64,000 nt of DNA. It comes from Gemmatimonadota bacterium (GTDB taxonomy: Bacteria > Gemmatimonadota > Gemmatimonadetes > Palauibacterales > Palauibacteraceae). Location: assembly GCA_046758745.1 (NCBI GenBank), contig JBHIAV010000002.1, positions 49,441-113,440 on the forward strand, written 5' to 3'. Every line of letters begins with the position of its first letter. Positions within the stretch are counted from its first letter, which is position 1. A program made the translations under genes and the position numbers. This document shows positions 39,635 to 49,077 of the stretch, one piece after another. The notes under the pieces are model-generated. The model saw nothing but the letters and a program-made list of their open reading frames with translations. It did no database searches and was not told the origin of the DNA.

Positions 39635-40807
39635 TCAGCTTTCGTCGAGCAGAGCGGCGCGCGTCACCGCCTCCGGCCCGAAGCGCTCCGCGAGCCGGTC
39701 CACCGCCGCGGCCACTCGGGAATCGACCGGTGGGCTCTCTCCTTCAAAGAGGGAGAGCTGGTCTGGCCCGATGAATTGGGAAACTCCCACTCCGATCAGC
39801 CGGATCCGACGGCCGGCCCGGTCGGCCTTTCGGAAGAGGGGAAGCGCGGCCGCCCAGATCCGATCCCCCGTGTCCACGGGAGCATGGAGCGTGACCCGAC
39901 GGGTCACCGTCTCGAACCCCTCCCACCGGAGCTTGAGCGTCACCGTGCACCCGGTGAGGCCACGCTGCCGGAGCCCCGCCCCGACCTCCTGGCAGAGCTG
40001 GAGAAGGGTCCGCTCCACCGCCGTGCGGTCGGCCACGTCCTGCTCGAACGTGACCTCGCGGCTGAGCGACTTGCGCTCACGCTCCGGCTCCACCGGCCGT
40101 TCGTCGACTCCCAGGCTCAGCTCGTACAGACGCTGGCCGACCGCCTCGCCTAGACGCCCGGCTAGGATATCCGGACCGAGGCGAGCCACATCCCCGATCG
40201 TCGAGGCGCCGAGGCGCCGAAGGACGGCGACCGTCTTCGGCCCGGCGCCCCACAGCCGGTGTAGCCCGAGCGGAGCCAGAAACTCCCGCTCTTCGCCGGG
40301 CGGCACGACGACGAGGCCGTCCGGCTTCTCCAGGTCGCTCGCCAGCTTCGCCACGAACTTGCTGCAGGCCACCCCGACCGAAGCGGTGAGCGACTCCGTC
40401 TCCCGGATCTCTCGCTTGATCGCGCCGGCGACGGAAGCTCCGTCACCGAACAGGCGGCGGCTCGCGGTGACATCCAGGAACGCCTCATCGATACTGAGGG
40501 GCTCAATGAGGTCGGTGTAGCGCCCCAGGAGGTCGAACACGCGGGAGGAGACCTCCCGGTACAGGGCCATGCGGGGACGCAGGTAGACGGCGCGTGGGCA
40601 GCGTCGGTACGCCTGCGAGATCGGCATCGCCGATGCGATCCCATACTTTCGGGCCTCGTAGTTGGCGGCCGCCACGACCCCTCGGCCACGCCCTCCCTTC
40701 GGATCCGCGCCGACGACGATGGGCCGACCCCCGAGCGTGGGATCCTCGCGCTCCTCGATCGCCGCGAAGAACGCGTCCATGTCGACGTGCAGGATCGTTC
40801 GGGCCAT
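39635..40807 (-). CDS. dinB: DNA polymerase IV
   Basis: ILHVDMDAFFAAIE, AANYEAR, SIDEAFLD, AKLASDLEKPDG. Confidence 0.95.
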   Translation of the reverse strand: MARTILHVDMDAFFAAIEEREDPTLGGRPIVVGADPKGGRGRGVVAAANYEARKYGIASAMPISQAYRRCPRAVYLRPRMALYREVSSRVFDLLGRYTDLIEPLSIDEAFLDVTASRRLFGDGASVAGAIKREIRETESLTASVGVACSKFVAKLASDLEKPDGLVVVPPGEEREFLAPLGLHRLWGAGPKTVAVLRRLGASTIGDVARLGPDILAGRLGEAVGQRLYELSLGVDERPVEPERERKSLSREVTFEQDVADRTAVERTLLQLCQEVGAGLRQRGLTGCTVTLKLRWEGFETVTRRVTLHAPVDTGDRIWAAALPLFRKADRAGRRIRLIGVGVSQFIGPDQLSLFEGESPPVDSRVAAAVDRLAERFGPEAVTRAALLDES

Positions 40808-40868
40808 GCGCTCCAAGATGCGGGGGCGACTTCGGCAGATCCAGCACCGGCGGCGGGGTGCGGCCGCG

Positions 40869-41684
40869 CTACGAGGGTGCGGTGGACGCCGAGCGTCGCG
40901 GCTCTTCCGCTTCGCGCTCATCGATGATTCGGCGAGCGATCGACGGGTAGTCGGTGATGAGGCCGTCCACGCCGAGGTCGAGCAGGCGCCGCATGCGTCC
41001 CGGGCGGTTCACCGTCCACACGAACACCCCGAGCCCGTCACGATGGGCGGCCCGCACCAGCCGTCGCGTCACCACCCGAATGCCTCTGCGCCGCTCCGGT
41101 ACCATCAAGGCGGTGACATCCGTCGGAAGACGCCTGCGGACCCCGATCTTGCCGAGAAGCACGTATGGCGCCAGGACTTCTTCCGTCGCGCACCGCCAGC
41201 GCGCCCGGGCCGCGGCGGGCCGGACGGCGCGGCTCGAGAAGCCTCCGACCAGGATGTTCCGCCCGCCTTCCCCTTTCGCCAGCCACGCGGCGAGCGCCGC
41301 TCCGGCTCGCTCGCTCTTCACCTCGAGTACGGCCGGACGGTCGCCGAGCTCGTCGATAGCCTCGTCGAGGGTGGGGATTCGCACTGCTTTCCCGCGGAAC
41401 GGGAACGTCCTCCCGCCGTCGACGCTGAAGCGATAGCCCGCGTCCAGCGCGCGGAGATCCTCCAGCCAGTACCCCTCCACGGGCCCCGTCTGATCGGTCG
41501 TTCGGTCCACCGTAGGATCGTGCAGCAGCACGAGTGTCCCGCAGCGCGCGCAGCGGAGGTCGAGTTCGACCGCATCCGCCCCGGCCGCGGTCGCGTGGCG
41601 GAGCGCCGGGAGGGTATTCTCGGGCGCGACGCCGCCGGCGCCCCTGTGGCCGATGACGCGGACGGCTCCGTCGTGGCCGAACAT
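40869..41684 (-). CDS. Glycerophosphodiester phosphodiesterase
   Basis: GHRGA...PENT, ELDL, HDPTVDRTT, WTVN, GVDGLITDYP. Confidence 0.9.
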   Translation of the reverse strand: MFGHDGAVRVIGHRGAGGVAPENTLPALRHATAAGADAVELDLRCARCGTLVLLHDPTVDRTTDQTGPVEGYWLEDLRALDAGYRFSVDGGRTFPFRGKAVRIPTLDEAIDELGDRPAVLEVKSERAGAALAAWLAKGEGGRNILVGGFSSRAVRPAAARARWRCATEEVLAPYVLLGKIGVRRRLPTDVTALMVPERRRGIRVVTRRLVRAAHRDGLGVFVWTVNRPGRMRRLLDLGVDGLITDYPSIARRIIDEREAEEPRRSASTAPS

Positions 41685-41835
41685 GGACGGAAGTGTAGCG
41701 GCGACGTGGGCCGGGCGTCTACCGTCCCTGTGGGCCGCAGGGAACCGAGCCTGAGGTCGGAGGCACGGTCGACGCCGGGGTGGCCGCGGCGCAGGTATGG
41801 GTCGAGGGAAGGCCGAAAAGAGGGGGACCGGTCCA

Positions 41836-42996
41836 GTGAGGGTGCTCATCTGTCCGACGGCGTTCAAGGGGAGCCTGACGGCCGCCGAGGCAGCTCGTGC
41901 GATGGCTCGTGGGGTGGGTGCGGCGCTGCCACGGGCCGAGATCATCGTCCTCCCGGTCTCGGATGGAGGACCGGGCCTCCTCGACGCGCTGCGGGCCGGA
42001 GGGGCCCAGGAGGTGGGGGAGCCGGCCGGCACGAGGGCGCCGCCCGCCGCTGCCGCGGCCGGTGACCCCCCCAGGGAACCGGGACTGTCCCGGGATTGCC
42101 GTCTCGAGAGCATCGAGGTCCCTGGGCCGCTCGGCGCCACTGTCACCGCGCGCATCCTGTGGCTGAGCGGCGCGAGCGCCGCGATCGAGTCGGCGGATGC
42201 GTGCGGTCTGCACCTGGTTTCGCCTGGGCGGCGCGATCCGCTGCGCGCGGACACGCTCGGCGTGGGGGAGATGGTGCGCGCCTGTGTGGAGCGCGGCGCG
42301 CGACGGGTATGGATCGGGCTCGGCGGATCCGGCACGGCCGACGGCGGGACCGGGGCTGCGCGGGCCTTCGGCTGGCGCTTTCTTGACGCGAGCGGGCGGA
42401 CCGTCCGACCGGGAGGAGGTGGCCTGGCCCGCCTCGCACGCATCCGGCGCGGGACCATGCCGAAGGCGGAGCTCACCGCGCTGGCGGACGTTGGAAGCCC
42501 CCTCACGGGCCCGAACGGGGCGGCGCACCGCTTCGGCCCGCAGAAAGGCGCGAGCGCGGCTGACATCGCCCGGCTCGACGTCGGCCTGGCTCGTCTGACC
42601 GAGCGGATCGAGACCGATCTCGGCATCGCGGTGGCCGAGCTGCCGGGCGCGGGAGCGGCGGGTGGCCTCGGAGCCGGGTGCGTCGCCTTCCTCGGTGCCG
42701 CTCTGGTCGCGGGTGCGCCTTGGGTGCTGGACCGGGTCCGTTTCGACGCGGTGCTCGACTCGGTCGACGTGGCGGTTACGGGCGAGGGCACGTTCGACGC
42801 CGGCAGTCTCCTCGGCAAGGTCACCGGCGAGGTGCTCGTCCGCTGCCGGCGAGCCGAAGTTCCGGCGATCCTCGTATGCGGCAGGGTCGAAGGCCGCGCT
42901 CCGGCGGGCGTCAAGATTCGGCAGCGTCCGGGAGCTTTGTTGGGGGGCACCGACCTGGCCGAGCTCGTCCAAGGAGCGATACGCGAGATGGTGTGA
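41836..42996 (+). CDS. Glycerate kinase (GlxK/GarK family)
   Basis: PTAFKGSL, PVSDGG, GLGGSGTADGG, FGPQKGA, GAGAAGGLG, TGEG. Confidence 0.9.
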   Translation: MRVLICPTAFKGSLTAAEAARAMARGVGAALPRAEIIVLPVSDGGPGLLDALRAGGAQEVGEPAGTRAPPAAAAAGDPPREPGLSRDCRLESIEVPGPLGATVTARILWLSGASAAIESADACGLHLVSPGRRDPLRADTLGVGEMVRACVERGARRVWIGLGGSGTADGGTGAARAFGWRFLDASGRTVRPGGGGLARLARIRRGTMPKAELTALADVGSPLTGPNGAAHRFGPQKGASAADIARLDVGLARLTERIETDLGIAVAELPGAGAAGGLGAGCVAFLGAALVAGAPWVLDRVRFDAVLDSVDVAVTGEGTFDAGSLLGKVTGEVLVRCRRAEVPAILVCGRVEGRAPAGVKIRQRPGALLGGTDLAELVQGAIREMV

Positions 42997-43214
42997 GCGG
43001 CCCAGCCGGGAGCCGCGGCTCGCCTCAGCGCTCTTCCTCGAGTCGCTGGCTGGAGTTTCTTGCTCGAGCCGCGGCGATGCCCCTATGCTCCCGGTCGCCG
43101 GAAGAGCGCGTGTCGCCGGTCGGGACCAGGGCGACCGCGACGAGCCTCCCACCCGACCGGAAAGCGCGCGATGCGACGGGCGAGCTTTCAGCCGTGGAGA
43201 ACGAAACGGACGAC

Positions 43215-44609
43215 ATGAGCGGGACGGCGGGCGAAGAGCTGAAGGAAGCACGACAGGCGGGCTCACCGCCGGAGACGGAGGAAAGCGGGCACCCCTCCGA
43301 TCTGATGGACAAGCTGGTGTCGCTCTGCAAGCGACGAGGTTTCGTCTTCCAGTCTTCCGAGATCTACGGGGGCGTGGGAGCGGTGTACGACTACGGCCCG
43401 CTCGGCGTGGAGCTCAAGCGAAACATCGGCGAGGCGTGGTGGGAGGAGATGGTGCTCCGCCGAGAGGACATCGAGGGGCTCGACGCCGGTATCCTCATGC
43501 ACCCGACCGTGTGGGAAGCGAGCGGTCACGTAGAGGGTTTCACGGACCCTCTCGTCGAGTGCCGGAACTGCCAACGTCGTTTCCGCGCCGACGAGGTCGC
43601 AGGCGGGAAGTGTCCTGTGTGCGGAGTCACCGGCCAGCTCATGGAACCCCGACAGTTCAACCTGATGTTCCGAACCTTTATGGGCCCGGTGGAGGACGAT
43701 AGCTCGGTCACGTATCTGCGACCGGAGACGGCGCAGGGAATCTACGTGAACTTCCGGAACGTCCTCGACGCATCCCGGCAGAAGATACCCTTCGGGATCG
43801 CCCAGATCGGAAAAGCGTTCCGCAACGAGATCACGCCTGGCAACTTCATCTTCCGCACGCGCGAGTTCGAGCAGATGGAGATGCAGTTCTTCGTCGAGCC
43901 GGGAACCGATGAGGAGTGGTTCGAGACGTGGCGGGAGCGCAGAATGGACTGGGTGAAGAGCCTCGGCGTGACTCCCTCGCGTCTGAGGTTCCACCGGCAC
44001 GCACCCGACGAGCTGGCGCACTACGCCAAGGCGGCGTTCGACATACAGTACCGCTTCCCGTTCGGCTGGCAGGAGTTCGAGGGGATCCACAACCGAACCG
44101 ACTTCGACCTGCGGCGACACCAACAATATTCGGGGAGGAAGCTGGAGTACTTCGACACGGCGACGAGCCGGCGCTACACACCCTTCGTCATCGAGACCTC
44201 CGCTGGCCTCGATCGAACGCTGCTCGTCGTCCTGGCGGACGCGTATGCGGAAGAGATGATCGGCGGAGAGGAGCGTGTGGTGCTCCGTCTCCAACCGCGC
44301 CTCGCGCCGATCGAGCTGGCCGTCTTCCCGCTCGTGAAGAAGGATGGGATGCCGGAGCTCGCCAGGAAGATCGCCGACGATCTTCGCCGCTGGTTCCACC
44401 TCTTCCTTGACGAGACCGGCTCGATCGGGCGCCGCTATCGGCGTCAGGACGAGACGGGCACGCCCTTCTGCGTGACCGTGGATGGGAAGAGCGTGGAGGA
44501 TGGCACGGTGACCGTGCGCGATCGCGACTCGCTGAAGCAGGATCGTATACCCGCCGCCGGCCTGCGGGAGTATCTGACGGATGCGCTCGCCGGGGGCCGG
44601 GCGAGCTAG
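43215..44609 (+). CDS. glyQS: Glycine--tRNA ligase (alpha2 type)
   Basis: LCKRRGFVFQSSEIYGG, LRPETAQG, FRNEITPGNFIFRTREFEQME, SIGRRYRRQDE. Start is approximate. Confidence 0.95.
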   Translation: MSGTAGEELKEARQAGSPPETEESGHPSDLMDKLVSLCKRRGFVFQSSEIYGGVGAVYDYGPLGVELKRNIGEAWWEEMVLRREDIEGLDAGILMHPTVWEASGHVEGFTDPLVECRNCQRRFRADEVAGGKCPVCGVTGQLMEPRQFNLMFRTFMGPVEDDSSVTYLRPETAQGIYVNFRNVLDASRQKIPFGIAQIGKAFRNEITPGNFIFRTREFEQMEMQFFVEPGTDEEWFETWRERRMDWVKSLGVTPSRLRFHRHAPDELAHYAKAAFDIQYRFPFGWQEFEGIHNRTDFDLRRHQQYSGRKLEYFDTATSRRYTPFVIETSAGLDRTLLVVLADAYAEEMIGGEERVVLRLQPRLAPIELAVFPLVKKDGMPELARKIADDLRRWFHLFLDETGSIGRRYRRQDETGTPFCVTVDGKSVEDGTVTVRDRDSLKQDRIPAAGLREYLTDALAGGRAS

Positions 44610-44689
44610 CCGGCGGGTCTCATCTCCATCGGAAGGCACCGACCGGTGAAGGCGCCGCTTCGCTCGCGGCGCGGCCCGCCCGGCATCTC

Positions 44690-46183
44690 ATGAATCTTCA
44701 TCTGGACGAGATCAGGCACCGAATCGAGCGGCTGCGCAGGGCGCTCCGGGAGGAGGAGCTCTCCGCGCGGCGGGAAGGTGCCGGCGCGCTGGCTCTGGCG
44801 CCGCTGTACGGGGCCCACCGGCTTCTCGCGCATCCGGATGCCATTCCGACCATCGAGCGCGAGCTCGCCGAGGCAGAAGGGGTGGAGGAGGAGCGTCTGC
44901 GTCGAACCCTCGAGTGGGCCGCCGAGCATCACGTCCGTCGTGCCGGCGCGCCGCTCGACGATGAGTACGCGCAGTGGGAAGGCTCCGCCACCATAACCGT
45001 CGGCTCGAGGGAGATTCCCTTTCAGGGCGCAACCGCCGCGGTCGCGGAGACCGAGGACCGCTGCGCTCGTCGACAGCTCGAGGAGGCAAGGCTTTCCCGG
45101 CTCGAAGAAGTCATCCCGCTTCAGCTCGATCGACTTGACCGGTGGCGGGGGGCGATCGAGGAGCTCGGCTACGGGGGGCCGGTCGAGGCGTGGGAGCGTG
45201 TGACCGGTTGCGGCCTCGCCGGTCTCCTGCAGGAGGCGAGGCGGATCGTTCGGGATACTGAAGAGGTTTACTGGGACCAGCTCCGCTTCCATCTCGAGCG
45301 TCGGCTTGGAGTCCCGGTGGCCGCGGCGGAAGCGCACGACGCGCGACGCCTGCACCGGCTTCCGTGGTTCGACCGCGACCTTGGGACTGCGCCGCTTCTG
45401 GGCGCTGTGCGCGCGGACCTGGCCTCCCTCGGCGTGCCGCTGGAGGCCGAAGGGCGGGTCGAGCTCTCGGTCACCGCCAGGCCGCGGCCGGGGGACCGCT
45501 CCGTCTGTGTCCCGCTTGAGGTGCCGGAGCGAATCGTCCTTCTGTTGACCCCCGGGCCGAGCCATGGGGATCGATCGGCGCTCCTCGCCGCGATCGGTCG
45601 CGCCCTTCACGCCGCCTACACCGCGCCGGAGCTCCCGTTCGAGTACCGGGTGCTCGGCGATCCGGCCGTCGCGTATGCACACGCGTCGAGCTTCGCGCAG
45701 CTGCTCCTCACACCGACCTGGGTGCGCAGAGCCGGGGGGGTGGAGGAGGCAAGAGCCCGCGAGTACGTGCGCATGGCGGCCTTCCTGGACCTGGCCGAGC
45801 TACGGAGCCGGGCGGTACGCCTCGAGTTCGGGCTCGAGCTTCGACAGAGCGAGCACCCCGCCGACCTGGGTGCCAGGTGGGCCGAGCTTCACGAGGTTTC
45901 GAGCGGTTTCCGTGGCGACCCGCGGGGTTATCTGGAGATGCTCGATGCATGGTTCGAGGAGGCGCGGTGGCTGCGCGGCCGCATGCTGAGTGCCCTCCTG
46001 CTGCGTCGCCTTCGCGACCGCTACGATGAGGACTGGTTCCGCAACCCACGGGCGGGTCACGAGCTGCGCGGATGGTTCGAGGAAGGGACCCTGCGGGACG
46101 CGGCGCACCTCGCCGCCCGTCTGGATGCGCCCCGGCTGGACGCCGAGGCTCTCCTCGAGTCTGTCGTGGAGCGCCTGGAGTAG
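44690..46183 (+). CDS. M3/gluzincin-like protein lacking zinc ligands
   Basis: 'LLAAIGRALHAAY...LPFEYRVLGD' and 'YDEDWFRNPRAG' match an oligopeptidase-like family, but HExxH is absent. Confidence 0.7.
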   Translation: MNLHLDEIRHRIERLRRALREEELSARREGAGALALAPLYGAHRLLAHPDAIPTIERELAEAEGVEEERLRRTLEWAAEHHVRRAGAPLDDEYAQWEGSATITVGSREIPFQGATAAVAETEDRCARRQLEEARLSRLEEVIPLQLDRLDRWRGAIEELGYGGPVEAWERVTGCGLAGLLQEARRIVRDTEEVYWDQLRFHLERRLGVPVAAAEAHDARRLHRLPWFDRDLGTAPLLGAVRADLASLGVPLEAEGRVELSVTARPRPGDRSVCVPLEVPERIVLLLTPGPSHGDRSALLAAIGRALHAAYTAPELPFEYRVLGDPAVAYAHASSFAQLLLTPTWVRRAGGVEEARAREYVRMAAFLDLAELRSRAVRLEFGLELRQSEHPADLGARWAELHEVSSGFRGDPRGYLEMLDAWFEEARWLRGRMLSALLLRRLRDRYDEDWFRNPRAGHELRGWFEEGTLRDAAHLAARLDAPRLDAEALLESVVERLE

Positions 46184-46188
46184 AGGGA

Positions 46189-48030
46189 GTGGGCAACCTT
46201 CGGCCGCCGCTCCACACCGGGCACCTCGCCCTCGCACGGGCGCACCGGGGAGCTTCTCGGGCCCGGCTTCGGCTCGCGGTCGGGCTCGTCCTGGCCATGG
46301 GGCCGGTCTTCGCGGGCCCGGCCGTCGGACAGCCTGCCGGCTCCGTATCGCAGCCCGCACTACTCACGCCGGCGGAGAGAACCCGCTACCTGGCATTCAC
46401 GCGGCTCGAGGAGATGGGGTCGTTTCTCGAGCGGCTCGCCGCCCTCTCGCCGGCCGTCACGGTGGAGCCCGCGGCGACGATCGCAGAGGGAGAGCACGGG
46501 CGCCCGATCCTCCTCGTCACCCTCCGCGACCCCGAAGCGGCGCCGTCGGCTGCCGGGCGAACGAGGCCGGTCGTTCTCATCCTGGCAGCCCAGCACGGGG
46601 ACGAGCAGTCGGGCAAGGAGGCGGCCATGCGGCTGGTTCGCGAGCTCGCCGTCGGGAGCCTGGCGCCGTTCCTCCACCAGCTCGACGTGCTCGTCCTCCC
46701 GATGCTGAATCCGTGGGGGGTGGAGTCCGGTAGGCGCGAGAACGAGGCCGGTCTCGACCTGAATCGCGACCATCTCCTTCTCCGCTCCGCCGCGACGCGG
46801 GCGGTACACCGCGTCTTTCGGCGATTCCGGCCGCATGTGGTCCTCGACCTACACGAGCTCGGGCCATCCGCCTACGACGTTCAGATCGGCTGGCCCACCC
46901 ACCCGAACGCCGATTCGGCGCTCGTATCGTACGGTCGCTTCTACCTCCTCCCCTACGTGGCCCGGGCGCTGACGGAGCGCTCGCTCACCTTTCGGGAATA
47001 CACCGTTCCGATCGGCGGTGGGCCGCCGGCCGAGGGCCGTTCCGCACGGCCAGCTTCCGCCGCCGCGCGCTCCTCCCGCGTTGCCTCCGTGGGCCCGTCT
47101 TCCGACATCCGCGCGACGGCCTCCGACACGCTGCCTTTCTTCACCTACGGGCCGATGGAAGGGAGCAACGCGCGCAACGCCTTCGCGCTCAAGCGGGCGG
47201 TCAGCTTCCTGCTCGAGACGGCCTCCAGTCGCGGGATCGACGGGCTGGCGCAGAGGACGGAGAGCCATTTCGTCATGTTGCGCGCGTTCCTGGAGATCGT
47301 CGCCGCGAGGTCCGAGGAGCTCGTCGGTCTGGTAGAGGGGCGACGGCGGCTGGCCGCGTCGGACCTCGGCGAGGGTTCGGCGGCGGGCGGGGTGACGCTC
47401 GAAGCGCGCTACGCGGCCGATCCAGGCCGTACCTCGGTCACGTGGCCTGTGCGCAGCGCCTCGGGAGCGGTAGTCCTCCGGACGATCGATAGGTGGCGTC
47501 CCATCGTCCGGCCGGTCCTCTCGATCGGGCAACCCGCGGCTTACCTGCTGGAGCCGAGCGAGCTGGGGCTCGTGCATCTCCTTCTGCGCCACGGCCTTCG
47601 CGTGGAGCGGCTCGCCGAGTCGGTGCGGCTCCGCGCGGGTCGGTACCCCGTGCTCGGCGCACCCACAGCCGCCGCAATGCCGCGCCACGCGAGCAGTGAA
47701 GCGATCCCTTCGGCCGGCCCCCGCGGGGAAAGGCCCCCGGTGGCGGGAAAGGCCGGCGTGACCCGGCCAGCGGACGCCGCGACCCTCCTCGAGTGGACGG
47801 AGTTGGGGGTGGAGGAGGGAAGCTTCCTCGTCCGGGTGGCCCAACCCGACGCAATCCTGCTCTCGACGTTGGTCGAGCCGTACTCGAGCGACGGCTGGTA
47901 CCGAACGCGGGAGGAGGCGCCGGAGGGCGCGGCGGGAGAGGGAGCGGCGGCCGCGGCCGGCAGGTATTATCCGGTCCACCGACTCGAAGAGCCCTTCGAA
48001 GGGAGAGCGTATCCGTACCGACCGGAGTGA
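46189..48030 (+). CDS. M14 family zinc carboxypeptidase
   Basis: QHGDEQSG (HxxE), PMLNPWG, DLNRD, LDLHE. Start is approximate. Confidence 0.85.
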   Translation: MGNLRPPLHTGHLALARAHRGASRARLRLAVGLVLAMGPVFAGPAVGQPAGSVSQPALLTPAERTRYLAFTRLEEMGSFLERLAALSPAVTVEPAATIAEGEHGRPILLVTLRDPEAAPSAAGRTRPVVLILAAQHGDEQSGKEAAMRLVRELAVGSLAPFLHQLDVLVLPMLNPWGVESGRRENEAGLDLNRDHLLLRSAATRAVHRVFRRFRPHVVLDLHELGPSAYDVQIGWPTHPNADSALVSYGRFYLLPYVARALTERSLTFREYTVPIGGGPPAEGRSARPASAAARSSRVASVGPSSDIRATASDTLPFFTYGPMEGSNARNAFALKRAVSFLLETASSRGIDGLAQRTESHFVMLRAFLEIVAARSEELVGLVEGRRRLAASDLGEGSAAGGVTLEARYAADPGRTSVTWPVRSASGAVVLRTIDRWRPIVRPVLSIGQPAAYLLEPSELGLVHLLLRHGLRVERLAESVRLRAGRYPVLGAPTAAAMPRHASSEAIPSAGPRGERPPVAGKAGVTRPADAATLLEWTELGVEEGSFLVRVAQPDAILLSTLVEPYSSDGWYRTREEAPEGAAGEGAAAAAGRYYPVHRLEEPFEGRAYPYRPE

Positions 48031-48099
48031 GCCGGGCAGGCGGCCGCCCCGGACCCGACGCCCCGCCGCGTCCCGACCGAGACATCGATCGAGGCCGGC

Positions 48100-49077
48100 G
48101 TGAGCCTGCTGAGCAGAGCTTGTACGTCGGTGGCCATGGGGGCGGCCGGCGCTCTCTACCTCACGGCGATGATCCGCCGCAACCGACGCCTCGTCCCGCC
48201 TGCCGTCAATGACCGAGACGAGCGCCCGCTCGCCGACCGGCGGTTCACCTTCTCGGACGACGAGACCGTCACCTTCCTGGATGTGGGCGACGGTCCGCCC
48301 GTCCTCCTCCTGCCCGGCGCCGACGGGATCAAGGAGACCTTCCGCTACCAGATTCCCGAGCTGGCGCGGCGATATCGGGTCATCGCGACGGACCTCCGCG
48401 CCCGCTTCGCTCCCCAGGATGGCTTCGACCGCCTCGTCCGGGATGCGGTGGAGCTGCTGGACGGCCTGGAGGTCGACCGTGCGTTCGTTCTCGGACAGAG
48501 CCTCGGCGGCGCGATCGCCATGCGGTTCGCCGTCCGTTATCCCGAGCGGGTCCTCGGCCTCGTCCTGGCGAACACGCTGGCCCGGGTCAGCTACGCGCAC
48601 GTGGGCCTCAACCGAACGGGGCTCGCTCCCGCCGCCATGGCCACTACTCGGTACCTTCCGACCGTCCTCGCGCGGCTCTTCGCGCGCGCGTGGAGCCGGC
48701 TCGAGGTGTGGATCTTCGATCGCTCGCCCGGAGGTGAGCGGGTGATCGAATACGCGCTGTGGACGGGTCCGCGGCCGACGCCCCCTTCGATCTCGCAGCG
48801 ACGCGTGAGCCGCCTGAAGGGCCTCGATCTGCGCCCCGAGCTCGCTTCGATCGAGGCGCCGACGCTGGTGCTGAAGGGACCGCGGGACCACTACACCCCT
48901 CCCGCGTGGTCCAAGGAGATCGCAGAGCTGATCCCGGGAGCGCTCTACCGCGAGGTGCCGGAGACCGGCCATTGCTGCCACATCTCGATGTCGGAAAGCT
49001 TCAACCGGATCCTGCTCGAGTGGCTGGATCGGGTGCTGGACGACCGGGCGACCGACGTGAGAGAGGTGCAGCGGTGA
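48100..49077 (+). CDS. Alpha/beta hydrolase
   Basis: GQSLGG nucleophile elbow, GPRD, ETGH. Confidence 0.88.
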   Translation: MSLLSRACTSVAMGAAGALYLTAMIRRNRRLVPPAVNDRDERPLADRRFTFSDDETVTFLDVGDGPPVLLLPGADGIKETFRYQIPELARRYRVIATDLRARFAPQDGFDRLVRDAVELLDGLEVDRAFVLGQSLGGAIAMRFAVRYPERVLGLVLANTLARVSYAHVGLNRTGLAPAAMATTRYLPTVLARLFARAWSRLEVWIFDRSPGGERVIEYALWTGPRPTPPSISQRRVSRLKGLDLRPELASIEAPTLVLKGPRDHYTPPAWSKEIAELIPGALYREVPETGHCCHISMSESFNRILLEWLDRVLDDRATDVREVQR

